Assembly (NCBI RefSeq): GCF_009914755.1
Contig: NC_060926.1
DNA length: 64,000 nt
Origin: the human T2T-CHM13v2.0 reference genome, Homo sapiens
Strand: one strand, 5' to 3'
A program made the translations under genes and the position numbers. The notes beneath the pieces are model-generated. The model had not been told where the DNA came from. It did not search any database and worked only from the letters and a program-made list of their open reading frames with translations. Positions within the stretch are counted from its first letter, which is position 1. Each line of letters begins with the position of its first letter. Below, piece by piece: positions 41,019-56,824 of this stretch.

Positions 41019-41351
41019 CAGGGGTCCGCAATCCCCTGGGCCACGGACCATTACCACGTGGCCTGTTAAGAACCAGGCTGCATAGCAGGAGGTGTGCGGC
41101 AGGCGAAGGAGCATTATGACCTGAGTTCTGCCTTTTGTCAGATCAGTGGCAGCATTAGATTCTAATAGAAGTGCGACCTTATTGTGAACTGTGCATGCAA
41201 GGGATCTAGGTTGCATGCTCCTTATGAGAATCTAATGCCTGATAATCTGAGGTGGAACAGTTTCATCCCGAAATCATCCTCCTATCCTATGCATGGAAAA
41301 ATTGTCTTCCACAAAACCAGTCCCCAGTGCCAAAAAGGTTGGAGACCTCTG
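41019..41351 (+). mobile_element. MER1B-like hAT/Charlie element
   Basis: TIRs caggggtccgcaa / ttggagacctctg; perfect 8-bp TSD ccttacac at 41011-41018 and 41352-41359. Confidence 0.9.
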
Positions 41352-42622
41352 CCTTACACATCACAATGTCAGAGGCAATGTCAGCAACAGACAAGAAGAA
41401 TTTAGCATGCCTTGAATAGGGGCCCATGACATAAATAATATTTAGTCTTTTATTACATGATAAATCCCTGGCCCAGATACTTTCCTCAATATATAAAACA
41501 TTTATACTGCTTTTAGGATTAAGGTGACATTATTCCTGTGAAAGGCATATTTGCATGTTTGTTTCACTTTCAGCTGGTGAGGGAGGGTTAACTTCAGATG
41601 ACCTTTGCAAATTAGTAGCTGAGCTTTGGCATAAACCTGACTCACAAAAGAACTGCTATGCCGAGTTTTTGGTTTTCTTACTTAAGAGAAAGAAGGAAGC
41701 TGCAAATAAAATTCTGGTGATTTCCCAAAAGGATATTTGAAAGATGTGCTTGTTAAAGAACTTTACAATGGATTTTTTTTTAACATCTTGAGGGCTTGAC
41801 AGTTTGCCTGAGACTTATCAAATCAGAAGTGGCCTGTCAAAGGGTGAGCAGGTGAACCCTGATCTGTGAGAGGAACAAAGTGGACAGGTAGTCCATGAAC
41901 TCTATTTTCTGTACACGTCTGACCTGCTCAAGGTTTGTTTGGTTGGTTGACCCTTTAAGGACAATAAAGTCCTTGAGTTCTTAACCTAAAGGCTTGTAAA
42001 TTCTTGCAGAGAACTAAAACAAGAAAATGAATAAAGGACAGCTAAGGAGACAGGATAATATGTATTTTAGGCAGGTATTATACAATGACCTATCCTTGGC
42101 TTATAATGGTGCAGTTCTCTCTTAAAATGGATGAACCCAATCCGAAGGGAATTTGTAAAGGTTAAATACTACAAAATTGAGTTGAGAGTACTGATTATAG
42201 TGAGAATAGAGTGTTAAACATATATGACACATTTTTCTCATTGAACTTTACATTTTTCAATGTAATCAAGTTAATGGAATGCATTTTGGTTAGAAGTCTA
42301 AGGGAGGCTCAGTGAGGCTTGGTTTGATGTGGTCCTTTCAGACTGGCCCTCGACCCAACTGACACAGGCTCATAGCTTCAAGAACAAGGTCAAACCTACA
42401 GAAAGCACCTGGGATGGTTTATGGCTGAAGTGGCTTGAAGTTCCACAGTAGGTGTGGTCTGGGAATTTTTCTGATGAATGTCATCTAAAAGTTCCCTTCT
42501 TTTTCCCAACAAGCTACTATTGCAAACCACAGTGTGGTCAGGAACATTTCTGCTGTAGTGTTCTCCAGGGAGTGGTCTGGCCTCATACTGCATCCAGCTG
42601 GTTAAACCGACCCCTAATTCCT

Positions 42623-42925
42623 CAGCCTGCGCTGTCCAATGCGGTAGCCACCAGCCACAGGCAGCTCTTGAGAACTTGAAATATGGCTAGAGTGATGCTA
42701 TAAATACACTGGATTTGGATGCCTTAGCAGAAAAAAAAAAGAATGAAAAATGTCTCATTATATTGATTGTATGTTGAAATGATCCTATTTTGAATGCAGT
42801 GGGTTGAATAAAATATATTACTAAAAATAATCTCATTTGTTTCTTTTTTGTATTTTTAAATGTGGATATTAGAACATTTTAAACTACCTGTGTGCCTTGT
42901 ATTATATTTATATTGGACAATACCA
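42623..42925. mobile_element. MER33-like hAT MITE
   Basis: gcgctgtccaatgcggtagccaccagccac...atatttatattggacaa. Confidence 0.7.
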
Positions 42926-43421
42926 TCTGTCCTAGTTCTCAGCCTGGCCAAGGCTCAGTTCACTCACTTCCCCGTGCAGTGCCCAAGTGTGATCTTCAGC
43001 ACCTTTTCTCTCTCTCAGACTTAGGAGGCTCTATCTTGGAATAGGGGTTGTGCCTCCACAGGGATTTGGGTTGGGGTTGCCAGCCCCTTTCCACTCATTT
43101 GCGTCCTCCTGGGTCCCAGCCCTTGATATGTCTCTGTAGCCTCCAGTTTTCTCCCGAGCCTGCTCCCTCCCTCCTTCCTCACGGCATGCTCTCGGACTGG
43201 GGCAGCACAGCAAGCCTCTGCTGATTCCAGACTCTCATGCCATCTTCCTTCAAGAAATGGATCTAAAGGAAAGTCATTAATTGGAGTCCAGTTGAATAAG
43301 TACCAAAATAGAAGGAGGTATCTTTTTTTGTCTAGATAAAAGTTTTGTGCTATCTATATTTCCCTTAAATACACTGTTTCATTTTCCTTTTGACAATGAA
43401 GAATACGTCATGATATTTTGG

Positions 43422-43706
43422 ATCATGCCTGTAATCCCAGCATTTTGGGAGGCCGAGGCTGGCGGATCACCTGAGGTCAGGAGGTCAAGACCAATCTGGG
43501 TAACACGGTGAAACCTCATCTCTACTAAAAATACAAAAGTCAGTGGGCGTGGTGGCACACGCCTGTAATCCCAGCTACTCAGGAGGCTAAGGCAGGAGAA
43601 TCGCTTGAAACTGGCAGGCGGTGGTTACAGTGAGCCGAGATCGCACCATTGCGCTCCAGCCTGGGCAACACAGCAAGACTCTATCTCAAAAAAAAAAAAA
43701 AAAAAA
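43422..43706 (+). mobile_element. Alu (AluS-like)
   Basis: Dimer with a ~20-nt A tail; TSD-like aagaatacgt. Confidence 0.93.
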
Positions 43707-44655
43707 AGAATACGTGATGTTTTCTAGATCTGCTTTCTCAATACATTCATTTTCTCCAGGAACCACATTTAAATCCCTTTTCAGTGCCTGCCAGGACCTT
43801 CATGCTCTGGGTGCCTGACTGTCTCTGCAGCCTCTTTGTAGGCCACTTTCCTTGCCCATCAATCAAGGCCAAGGCCTTTCTCCTTCCCCAAATGCACCAC
43901 ACCAAGCATCCAAACTGTGTTCTTTGCTCTCCTGGAATACTTGACCTTCAGAACATCACCCCATTCGCCCTCCTCTCTTCTCCACCTGCTTATATTAGCC
44001 ACACACAAATGTAGCTAGTAGAGCAAGTACTTAGAATTTTTGTACAGTGAAATAAATAAACCAATAAAACCCTCAAAGATATTACAAAATTTGATAAGTG
44101 AGATTCATGGCTAGCGAGTTAAAAAAACTATACCTGATGCAAAATGCCATCCTTCAGAAAGGACAGAAGGGTGGCACCTTGTATTTGGAAGTGTTTTGTC
44201 TATAAATAAAGCAGAGATCTGAGAAAGGAAGTTAGACGTGGAAGTATTTTTAAAAGGGAGGAGAGAAAGATACACACACAGTGTTGAGGGTGTATTCCAT
44301 TAACGGACTGGTTTTGGGTGGTTTTCCAAAAGCATCTTGTTTATTTACATATTTTACTTAGTAAGGGATTTGTATCATCCTTTATACCTTGTTTATCTCA
44401 TTTATTTACTTGCTAAATAATTTGTGTCATGGTCTGAAAGTATCTTGCTTATTTCTGTATTTGCTTGTTTATTGCAGATCAGATTGTGGTGCTCCTTTGA
44501 AGAAAACCATCCAATTAGTCCCTCAGAAGCACCATAAATAAAAGCCATTTCCTCACTCTGACTCACCAACTTCTCACATGTCCCTTGCCAGCCACACCCC
44601 AGCTACACACAAACTTCGTTCAATCTGCGGAACACTCAGAATTTATTCCCAACTA

Positions 44656-45099
<444 letters not shown>

Positions 45100-45799
45100 T
45101 TAGAAATGAGGTTTTAGAAGATATCATCTAAAATAGCATGAAAATAAGTTGTGCAAGTAATGTGTTTTGTGATTAATAACGTGATACAATCCTGTGAATA
45201 ATCTGTTTTCTATTAGTAAGATTCAAAGTCACCCCTATGACAGCATCATTTAAATGCACTTATTTTCTGATGTTTCAAGAGATAGACTAGTTCTCATTTA
45301 CTGAGGTGTGACATTGCAGTTGTCTGTCTTTTTTCTAATCACTCTAACCATGGATAAATTTACATTAAGTAAGAAGATCAGGGATAGAACAAACTATGGA
45401 CAGTGCATATACCTCTCCATGTTAGAAGTACAATAATTATGCTGTGAAAATCCTCGTGAATAAGAAAATGATTGGTGTGAGCCTGCCTTGGAGAAGGGAG
45501 GCCAATCACCAATTTTATTGTATCTAAATTTGCATTATTGAAGGCAGGACGTTGCAGAGTTTCTTCCCATTGTAATTAAATGGGTAATTTTTTTTGTTTT
45601 TTCCATGAAATTACCTTTGAGATTGTGGATACACACACACACACAAATGAACTATATTAATGTACTCCTTGACTTCCCCCCAAAAATATGCAACACTGTA
45701 TACTTCATTCAATATGTGTGTGTTGGGGAGTGAGTAGTATCAATTTCAGATATGTCCACAGATCTCTGGGGTTCCTCATGTGAATGCCATCTGTCATGT

Positions 45800-46020
45800 G
45801 TCCTGTGCTCAAATTGTGGCTTCACCCCTTAGCAGCTCTGTGACCTTGTGCAAGCTAATTAACCTCTCTGGGCCTCAGCTCTGCATCTGAAAAGAGAGAG
45901 TCAAAATAGTCCCTACTTCACAGGTTTGGTGTAAAGACTAAACAAGTGAATGCATGTAAGGTCTAGGACACAGCCTAGTGCATAGCAGATGCACAATAAA
46001 TGTTAGGTATGACTATTACT
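45800..46020. mobile_element. MIR
   Basis: Core tgtgaccttgtgcaagctaattaacctctctgggcctcag...aataaatgttag. Confidence 0.75.
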
Positions 46021-48829
46021 GCACTGGAAATTTACACAGCCTCAGGCTTCGAGTCTCATGCCAGACAATTCTGCCACTGAGCTTCAGGGAACATTGGTTG
46101 GGTGATTTGCCATCTATAAAGGAGACAGCTGCTGTGGCTATTGGTCACAGAGATTAGCAGTCTGACTAGGTACTTTTTCCTTCCTCCATAACTTTATCCC
46201 CCGGGAACATGGAATACAGGATCACTCATCCTTTCTCCCTCAGTGCATCACCTCACCCACCTAAGAAAATCGCCAGGCCAGAGACTGAATGCTTCTTTGT
46301 CCTGACATCTCCCACATAGAGAGAACTGAACCAAAGGGCATTGCTGCCACCTCTCCATCATTCATCCTGGCACAGTGGACCTCTCCAGACCTTCTTACAA
46401 CTATAATGAAGCACGAACTAGGAAGCAAACACCGAACAGGATGGAAACTGAGCCACTGTGACACATTTTTAAACACCTTCCCCAGCTCTCCCGTATCTCT
46501 GAGCTTGTTCCCCTTCACAATCTCCATTAGTAGCAGCGATCTTATAATCACAGTCGTATGTGTCAGTAGAGAGGAAACACTAATTTATTAAATCTGTCAT
46601 GCTGGTTTTCTCTAACAAAACAACCAGGGGTCAGTTCTGTAGGTGTGAACACATGCACACACATAGATACAAAGATACAGACACAACCACTGCCTAAAAT
46701 CTAAGACAGTTATAAACTCAATTTTAGTATGTGGTATGATAGAGCTATGCAGTTTTTAGGACAACAACATGGTGTCCTCTCTATTTATATCAAAAGGAGG
46801 TAGGTGTAGCATTTTTTAAATTAATAGAGATGATTCAGATGACAACAATACTTAAGCATCTTTTCTAAGTGATAGGATCATAAGTAAGGGAAATGTCTTC
46901 GGAAGCAAACTTTATCTGTCGCATTGGAATGTCCCCTTTCCATTTGCAAACTGTAAATATTCGCGTAGCTAAATTATGCGTTAAATTGCTTTTGCTCCAG
47001 ACATACCGACGCCTTCACAGGTGTAACTGAAAACCAAATTTGGCCCATCACAACTGATGAGAATCAACTCAAGTAGGGGCTTTGCTCACAAATGTACAAC
47101 CTTCCCCAGAGTCCTGATCCTGTGCTACATTTTATTCTTTAAGATCATTATGTTAGGACTTCTTAAGTGAGGTGTACAGAAACAGACGTGGTTTTGCACG
47201 TGGCGATCATTTCCATGGTGTCTATGGGGCCGTTTAAAACTCTGCTCCTTTAGCATGATATCCAAAGCCATCAAAACAGAGTTCCCCAGGAACCCTGTTT
47301 TGGAGAGTTCCAGGAAAAATGTCCCTTTTTTTCTGAATTTATGAGACATCTTCTCTTAGGAGGAAGTCACAGAATTTAATTTAACACTCCTTAGTCCTGA
47401 ATAGAGGAATATTTCAAGTGTGTGGCACTGTACTGCTTGCCTGATAGGAGCTCAAGAAACATTCCTTGATAGGCTAGTTGGAACCTAAACATTGCAGCAT
47501 GAGGATGGACACACGCAAGCTCTCAAAACTTCTGGGGGACTGCTGCTGTGATTTAATTGTCTTTGCAGCTGTAGAAGTCTAAATGGAAACTATCACATTA
47601 ATATCAATCCCCAGTAAGCATTCTAGATGGATGAGGCAGCTGCACCGGTAGCAGATTCCTAGCTATGTGTTAATTATTCTTTTTTTTTTTTAATTTCTTG
47701 ATTTAGGGCAGTGAAAAACAAATTTTAACTCCCTACTTTTCCGTTTTAATTAGAGGCAGTTTAGTGTTTATCTGGAATTTATTTTTTTATGCCTCACCTA
47801 TTCGAGGCCAAAATTAAGAAAATGAAAATAAATTCAGGATGATGACTGGCTTGAAAGCAGAGAGCAAACTTTGATGACAGTTTCTCAGCTAAAGATTTTA
47901 CATTCAACCTTTTAAAACTTAAATAATCAAAGAAAATTTCTACAGACTCCAACAGCCCATATCTACCGTTGTGCCTACATCCCTCCTGTTAGGATAAATA
48001 ATTGAGATTACATTATAAAAGGCATTGAGACTTCTGTCTTAGTTTCTTTCTGTCTCTGTCCCTCTCATTCTCCCACTCTCTCTCACTCTGTGTCTCTCTG
48101 GAGCAGTCCTATGGAGGTCCATATAGAGGGAACTGAGGCCTCTTGCCTACAGCCATGTGAGAAAGCTTGGAAGCAAATCCTCCAGCCCAGTCAAGTCTTC
48201 AGATTGCCTGTATTCCAGGCTGACAGCTTGACCTTCAACCTGGTGAGACATCCTAAGCCAGAATGACCCAGCTAAGCTGCTCCCTGATTCTTGGTTTTCA
48301 GAAACTGTACAATATAATCAATGATTGTTGAGTTAAGCTGCTTTTCTTTGTGAGTTCTTTGTTGAGGAGAACAGAAAACTCTCACAGTGCCTTTAGACCA
48401 TTAAGGTTTAATGTAATTACTGTTGTAGTTGGGTTGACATCTACCATCTTGTCCCATCTGTTCTTTGTTCACTTTTTCCTTGTTTTCCACATACTTTTGG
48501 ATCCTTTGCTGACTTAGCAGCTATAACTCTGCATGGCTATGTGATGGTTGCTTTAGGGTTCATCGCATACTCTTTAACTCATCACAGTCTACATTCAAGT
48601 AGATTTCATGTATTGCATAAGAACTTTAAAGCAATTTAAAGTTTCACGTGTTGTGTAAGAACTTTCATTTCTCCTGTCTGTCTTTATGGCATTGTTGTTA
48701 TAAATTTTACTTCTACCTATATTTTAAACACCATACTATATTTGATGTTTTTGCTTCAAACAAGAAATTTAAATAATAAAAAATTATATTTGTACGCACA
48801 GTTACCATTTCCAGCATGCTTTGTTTCCT

Positions 48830-50325
<1,496 letters not shown>

Positions 50326-50391
50326 ATAGATACAGATCTTTGCTCTTCTGCCGCTCACATGGGAATGGGAACAGTGAAAGATAACTATATT

Positions 50392-50618
50392 TTTGAGTCC
50401 AGGAGTTCGAGACTAACCTGGACAATATAGAGAGATCTTATCTTTAAAAACCTGAAAAAAAGTTAGCCAGGCATGATGCACACATGTAGTCCCAGCTACT
50501 CATGAAGCTGAGGTGGGAGAATCGCTTGAACCCAGGAATTCAAGGCTGCAGTGAGCCATAATCATGCCTCTGCCTTCCAACCTGGGCTACGGAGTGAGAT
50601 CCCATCTCTTAAAAAATT
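50392..50618 (+). mobile_element. Alu (AluJ-like), 5'-truncated
   Basis: ttgagtccaggagttcgagac...gtgagatcccatctct; TSD-like aaagataa(c/g)tatatttt. Confidence 0.85.
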
Positions 50619-50914
50619 ATTTTAAAGATAAGTATATTTTATTAAGTTGAATGATATGAAATTGCCATTTCTTGTGGGCAAAAAAATGAACAAATATGAA
50701 TGTCGTATGACTCCAACTAATAAATGTTATCGTATGGTAGAAGTTGGTAAGTGCTATGGGTAAATGAGAAGTCAAGCCTGGTAGGGCAATCAGGATTTCC
50801 AGGTGGAGGCACAGTTTGCGAATTTTAAAGAGGGTGTAATGTGACTGGGGTAGGTCTCATTGAGACCGTGACATGGAGCAAAGACGTGAAGGTGTGAAAG
50901 GGAGGGCCATCTGG

Positions 50915-51213
50915 TTTTTTGTCCTTGCGATAGTTTGCTGAGAATGATGGTTTCCAGTTTCATCCATGTCCTCACTCATAGGTGGGAACTGAACAATGAG
51001 AACACTTGGACACAGGAAGGGGAACATCACACACAGGGGCCTGTCATGAGGTCGGGGGAGGGGGCAGGGATAGCATTAGGAGATATACCTAAAGTAAATG
51101 ACGAGTTAATGGGTGCAGCACACCAACATGGCACATGTATACATATGTAACAAACCTGCACATTGTGCACATGTACCCTAGAGCTTAATTATAATAATAA
51201 AAAAAGAAAAAAA
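50915..51213 (+). mobile_element. L1PA short insertion with 5' inversion
   Basis: Antisense L1 segment ~50915-50971 joined to sense 3' UTR and A tail; TSD gaaag(g/c)gagggccatctgg at 50896-50914 and 51214-51232. Confidence 0.92.
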
Positions 51214-52150
51214 GAAAGCGAGGGCCATCTGGATTTTGGGGGGAGAGAGCCATCCAGGAGGAAGGAAGCACCAGGAGAGAGACCCTAAGAATGCTATACA
51301 TGTTTACAGAATAGTGAGAAGCCTGCTGTAGGTAGAACCTGAAAAACTTTTTTTGTTAAGATATTGAGGAGCTCATGGAACAGCTGATAAGGCTGGAAAA
51401 CAAGACTGATAAGGCACAGAAACAAAGCGAGGAGACACAGCCAGAACCAGAGACAATATCAGGCCTAAGGGGCATCATCCTGGCTGCATACTGGAGCTTG
51501 CCTGGGCCTGGGCTCAGCACACTGGCACTCACACCGCTGCTACCAGCTGCTGGAGGGCTATCCCCTCACTCTAAGTCTTCCATGATTGGCTCCACAGCTA
51601 CAGTTCCAATGGATAGATCTGTTTTGCCAAGGGTGTCTCCTGTCCCCAGCCCTCACTGCCAGAGAAGGGAGGCAAACATCTGGAGTTTCAGCTTGCACAG
51701 TGGGAAGCGGCCCCCTGCCTCCTCCTATCCCCGCACAACCTCTCAACCTCCCTCCCCACACCCGCCCCAATATACTCATAGGGGTGGGGGAGTTACTTCC
51801 CCGCACATGAGAAAGGAGATAAGACAAGGTCCAGGAGAAAAGAATAAAAGAGACCTAACTCACCCTCTGCAGTGAAGAGCCATCAGGAAGAATTTGCCTT
51901 GGCTTCCCTTGCCTAGATGCCACCAACAGTGACAATTTTATGGTAGAGGGGAAAACAAGGCGGACATTTATATGGTCTATAAAACGTCCTGCTGAAAATA
52001 GTCTTTTGGAGTCTGACAAATGACTGCATAAGCCAAAAGGAAATAAAACTCAAAATTATCTGTGAATATAAAATGCACGATAGCTTCCAGTGGATCTGCA
52101 GACTGGAATCAACTACCACAGGGGTCCCCAGGAATTCAAACAGCTGCTTT

Positions 52151-52202
52151 GCTGTTGCAATGACAGAGTATGGTTGGCTGTTGCAATGACAGAGTATGGT
52201 TG
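52151..52202. repeat. Perfect 26-bp tandem duplication
   Basis: gctgttgcaatgacagagtatggttg twice. Confidence 0.95.
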
Positions 52203-52419
52203 CATCTCCTGACCAGAGAAAACCTGCCTCTCTGCAACCCCCTGTCCCAGGCAGCCTTGCACTGTGAGCATCACAGTCTGAGGATAGTGGCGCTGCCCTC
52301 CTTCCCTGCCAGGCTGCCAGCTTCTTAGAGTCAGGAGGTGTGACTTGAAGAAATGAGGAACCCAAAACACTGAAAGTGATTTTCAAGTGTGTGACTTCAC
52401 TGTTCACATCGAATCAAAT

Positions 52420-52493
52420 GGAAAGGAGAGGAGAGGAGGGGAGGGGAAGAGAGCAGAGGAGAGGGGAGGGGAGGGGACGGGAAGGGAGGGAGA
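52420..52493. repeat. Purine-rich (GGAGA/GGGGA)n tract
   Basis: Nearly pure A/G run. Confidence 0.85.
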
Positions 52494-52514
52494 CTTTGAG
52501 AGCTAAGTACAAAA

Positions 52515-53025
52515 CAAGGGTGGCTTCATGGACCAGGGACTAGGGCTGTCACCCAAGGTGCCACACTCAGAAAGAGGGACCCTGAGCTAAGGGTGTAATG
52601 CTCTGGGGTCACTGTCTTGAAATGCTTAATAATTTTATCTTTGAATTTCTCTACAGTCCTATGAGCTACACAAGGGCTGTAACCTCTACTCACGTGTATC
52701 CCACGTCCTGCCCCCTCCCCACCTCCGGCTCCCTCCCCACCTCCCGAGAGAGGCCTGGAGTTGTCCCCAACCGCCCACCTCCAGATGGAGGCTTGAGCAT
52801 GCTCACGGGTGGGGCCTAGGGTGGACACACACTTCCTTCAAGAGTAGCCCAGTGTAGAGGAATTGCAACACTAACTAGTGAATAAAACACAACACGGCAG
52901 CTCAAGAGAGACCAGGGAAAAAAGTATTCTCTTTTTAAATCAGAAAAAAGTGTTCTGATTTTTTAACAAAGAGCCCTACATTTTCACTTCGTCCTGGATC
53001 AGGCAAACTGGGCATCCAGCTCTGC
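52515..53025 (+). mobile_element. MER45-like hAT element
   Basis: ggcttcatgg...taatgctctg...gtcttgaaatgcttaataatttt...aacaaagagccctacattttca. Confidence 0.65.
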
Positions 53026-53237
53026 ACAAAGCTAATAGGAAAGCAAGAAAAGTGCAGCCTTGGGAATGGAGAAGGAGCAGGTGCAAGTGAGGGAGGGGGA
53101 GGGCTGACAGAGCTCCAGAGCCCAGGCAGCTGTGGACATGGTTCCCGGTTCGCCTTTGGCATCCAGGGTGCAAAGCCTCGTTTTTGCCCCACCTTAGCTG
53201 TGCATGAAGGAAACAAAATATTTAAAAAGCAATTGCA

Positions 53238-53613
<376 letters not shown>

Positions 53614-54706
53614 TCAATGTCTTTTAAAAAGTAACATTTGATCTGAACCTGCAGTGACATCTAATCTGAAGCCAGCCTGAAAGAGTGTGGGGAGGAATAT
53701 TTCAGATGGAAGGAACAAAGCCCCGAGGTGGAAAAAGCCTGATTAGCAGTGGTTTACCAGTGCTTTACCAGTGATTTGTGCAGAAATAGTTTTTAAAATA
53801 ATGACCATAACCCATGATATCAACTGAAGGAATGTCTCCTCTCTTTTGACCTTAAAGTAGGAACTATCAATGTTTAATCCACTAAGTTACAGGCTTGACC
53901 AACTGCTGATGGATATTACCATTTGCCATTGGAGAATATTGATGAGCTGTTGAACATTAGCTGTGACCTCCATTTACTACCATGAGTTGATACTAAGTGC
54001 CTCTTTATTACCTCCAGCTTTCCCTAAAATACCATTTAGAATAAATGTGCTCATTCAACAAATCTTGCTTAAGCACCTCTTATGCTCAAAGGCTCGGTAG
54101 GAGAAACATTGAGGAATAAAACCTCCAGATTCTTTGGAATCTAACCTAGCAGTGGGAAAAAGGCACTTAACCTTGAGATGTGATAAATACTAAGAGAGGT
54201 ACTGAATTAGTGCAGTGGGAGTCTAGCTGGGATAGAATCCCTTTTAGCTGAGGTTTAGTGGAGGGAGGGTCTGTGAGCTGAGCCAAGAATCAATGTTTTT
54301 TTTATGTCAAGGTATCAGTTAATATTAGCCTTAAAACAATCATATAAATACTTAAAAACTCAGCATCTTGTGTATCACAAGTTTTACAAATTTTTTCTTA
54401 GCTAATTAGAAGCTTATCAAAGCACTTTTTAAAATTAGATTCCAACTATGCTCATTTATTTTACCAAACTTCTCTATGAATCAGTTTGCAGAGTACGTGA
54501 GACTAAAACAGAAGTCATCAAGATGATTAGCATTTTTTAAGTTTCTAGTTCTCTGAAACAATGCAATTTAAAACTCTCAAGGTGACTAAATCATAATCTT
54601 TATAAAGTCTTATTCTTACATTATGCTTAAAGATTCCTAGATTTAGACCTCAACATACTTTATAGAATACCTAATTCCATCCTTACATTTAGAAATAATA
54701 AAACCT

Positions 54707-55092
54707 GGCTGAGCTCAGTGGCTCACGCCTGTAATCCCAACATTTTGAGAGGCTAAGGTGGGCAGATCACTTGAGGTCAGGAGTTCGAGAACAGCCTGGC
54801 CAACATGGTGAAACCCCGTCTCTACCATAAATACAAAAATTAGGTGAGCTTAGTGGTGCGTGCCTGTAATTCAGCTACCCAGAAGGCTGAGGCATGAGAA
54901 TAGCTTGAACCTGGGAGGCGGAGGTTGCAGTGAGCCAAGATTGTGCCATTGCACTCCAGCCTGGGCAACAGAGCGAGACTTTGTCTCAAAAAAAAGCAAG
55001 CAAGCAAGAGAAAGAAGAGAGAAAGAGAGAGTGTGAGAGAGAGAGAGAAAAGAAGGAAGGAAGGAAGGAAGGAAGGGAGGGAAAGGAAAGGA
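54707..55092 (+). mobile_element. Alu with expanded (GA)/(GGAA)n tail
   Basis: Alu body to ~54988, then a GA-rich microsatellite tail. Confidence 0.93.
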
Positions 55093-56294
55093 ACTGGGCT
55101 CCAAAGAGTCAATTAGCTTAAATAAAGTTATATTCTTCCCTTTCACTGTCCTTCTAATATTTTTTTTCTCAGAATATCTGTTGGCATGTAATAAATTAGA
55201 TAGGTTTGTAAGCAGTCCTGTTGTCAGTTGTTGGCAATAAGGTGAAAGACATAGAAATTGATGTCTGGAAGGCACATCTGGAGGAGAAAAGACCCTGGTT
55301 ACGATGCTTCTGTGAGCAGAGGCCCATACTTACGAGGAACCTGTGGCAGAATAATGGTCCCTTCAAAGATTCCTGCAACCTGTGAATATATCAGGTTACA
55401 TGGCAAAAGACAATTAAGGCTGAAAATGGAATTAAGGATCCTGACTTATCTGAGAGGAGATTTTATCTTGGAAGGAAAGTCGGGTAAGCCCTCCCTGAAC
55501 AAGAGATGTTTGAGGTGGGATCTCAAAGGTGAATGGGAGATAATGAGGTCACAAAAACCAAGAGAAACCATCCAGGTGGTAAAAATGGCATAGGCAAAAG
55601 TCCTGAGGCCAGCAAAGCATGAAGAATGTGAGGGACTGAAGAAGACAGTGTGGCTGGAAGGGAGAAACGGAGAAAAGTTGGTCTAAAACGAGGGTAGAGA
55701 AGCTGGTAATGGGATGACTTACTCAGAGCCCTGGAAACCGGATGAACCAAGTCCATCTTCACCTTGAAAGCAATGGCAAGCCATTGAATGACTCTCGCAG
55801 CTCAAATGGAGGTTAAAAGCAATTCATTTTCAGGATAAAAATGTACTTGGACAAAATGCATCTTTAAGGAAAGCTGCAGAGTAATCCAATAATGTGCTTA
55901 TGCATTTTGTTTCAGAAGGCTTTCTCTTGAATCTTGAATTTTGAATAAATATGACTAACAATGACAGAATTGCTCTCTGTAGAAAAATATGTGCTATAAA
56001 AATCCAACTTAAAAAATTTTTAATTCATGGAATTTTGCTAACCGAGTCTATTTTCAGAACGAAAATAAACTAGTCTGGACAGAATTTTAATGAAATGTTC
56101 CCATTAGTATTATTGTGAGTAGATGACAGACTCCAAGTTCCAAGAGGATTAGGAACCAATGTTTCCTAGGGATTCTAGTATGCTTTACAAGTTCCTTTCT
56201 GACTGGCTGATGTAGGCACGGGACGTTGATGGCAAAATTCCCCGGTATAAAAAATTCATAAGGAGACACCTGGGCCCAGAAAGTTTTCCTAACG

Positions 56295-56296
<2 letters not shown>

Positions 56297-56333
<37 letters not shown>
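56297..56333. repeat. (CA)n microsatellite
   Basis: About 18 AC units. Confidence 0.95.
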
Positions 56334-56335
<2 letters not shown>

Positions 56336-56702
56336 TGGCTTACAAAATGATTTAATCAAATCACATATGTGCATTTCATAAATGGGCTTTTTTGAAAACA
56401 ACAAGATTACATGAAATTGACATAGTTCTAGGAAATCCAGTCTGTTTCTGTAGCAACCAATAATTAGCATGCACATGATCCTCTAGTACAATTAATTTCT
56501 AAGTGTTGGAATGGTTTGATGCTTCTAAACATCACAAAGGAAGAACTTGATTTAAAAAACTATTTAAAATATAAAACACACACACACCATTTAAATCTAA
56601 AAGTACTGTCCTTCCATCTCCTTTAACTTCATCCTTGCTGAGGTTTTGTGTTTTGGTGAGAAAATGGAGGGCAGACTTTGCATTCCATTGAGCTTTCCTT
56701 TC

Positions 56703-56824
56703 TCATCGATCACTTGGGTTAGTTAGCCACTTTTGCAGAAACTCAAAAGATTTTTTCTCGTCACAAGTTAGTTCAGCTGAATCGGTAGTTTGGGCTGGAT
56801 ACAAATTTGCACAGTGAGCTTCAC
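56703..56824 (-). pseudogene. S28 peptidase pseudogene copy A, terminal exon (catalytic His)
   Basis: Acceptor ccttttcacattttag|GT; (G)EAHCANLYPAQTTDSAELT-fs-REKIF-fs-EFLQKWLTNPSDR*; compare PRSS16 GSHCLDM...DSPSL...RQNIFQQLQTWL. His codon at 56814-56816. Confidence 0.92.

Noticed and set aside
51375-52407. Longest non-ERV ORFs (166 aa plus strand, 164 aa minus strand)
   Set aside because: No recognisable motif or exon structure; they overlap probable old LTR and low-complexity sequence.
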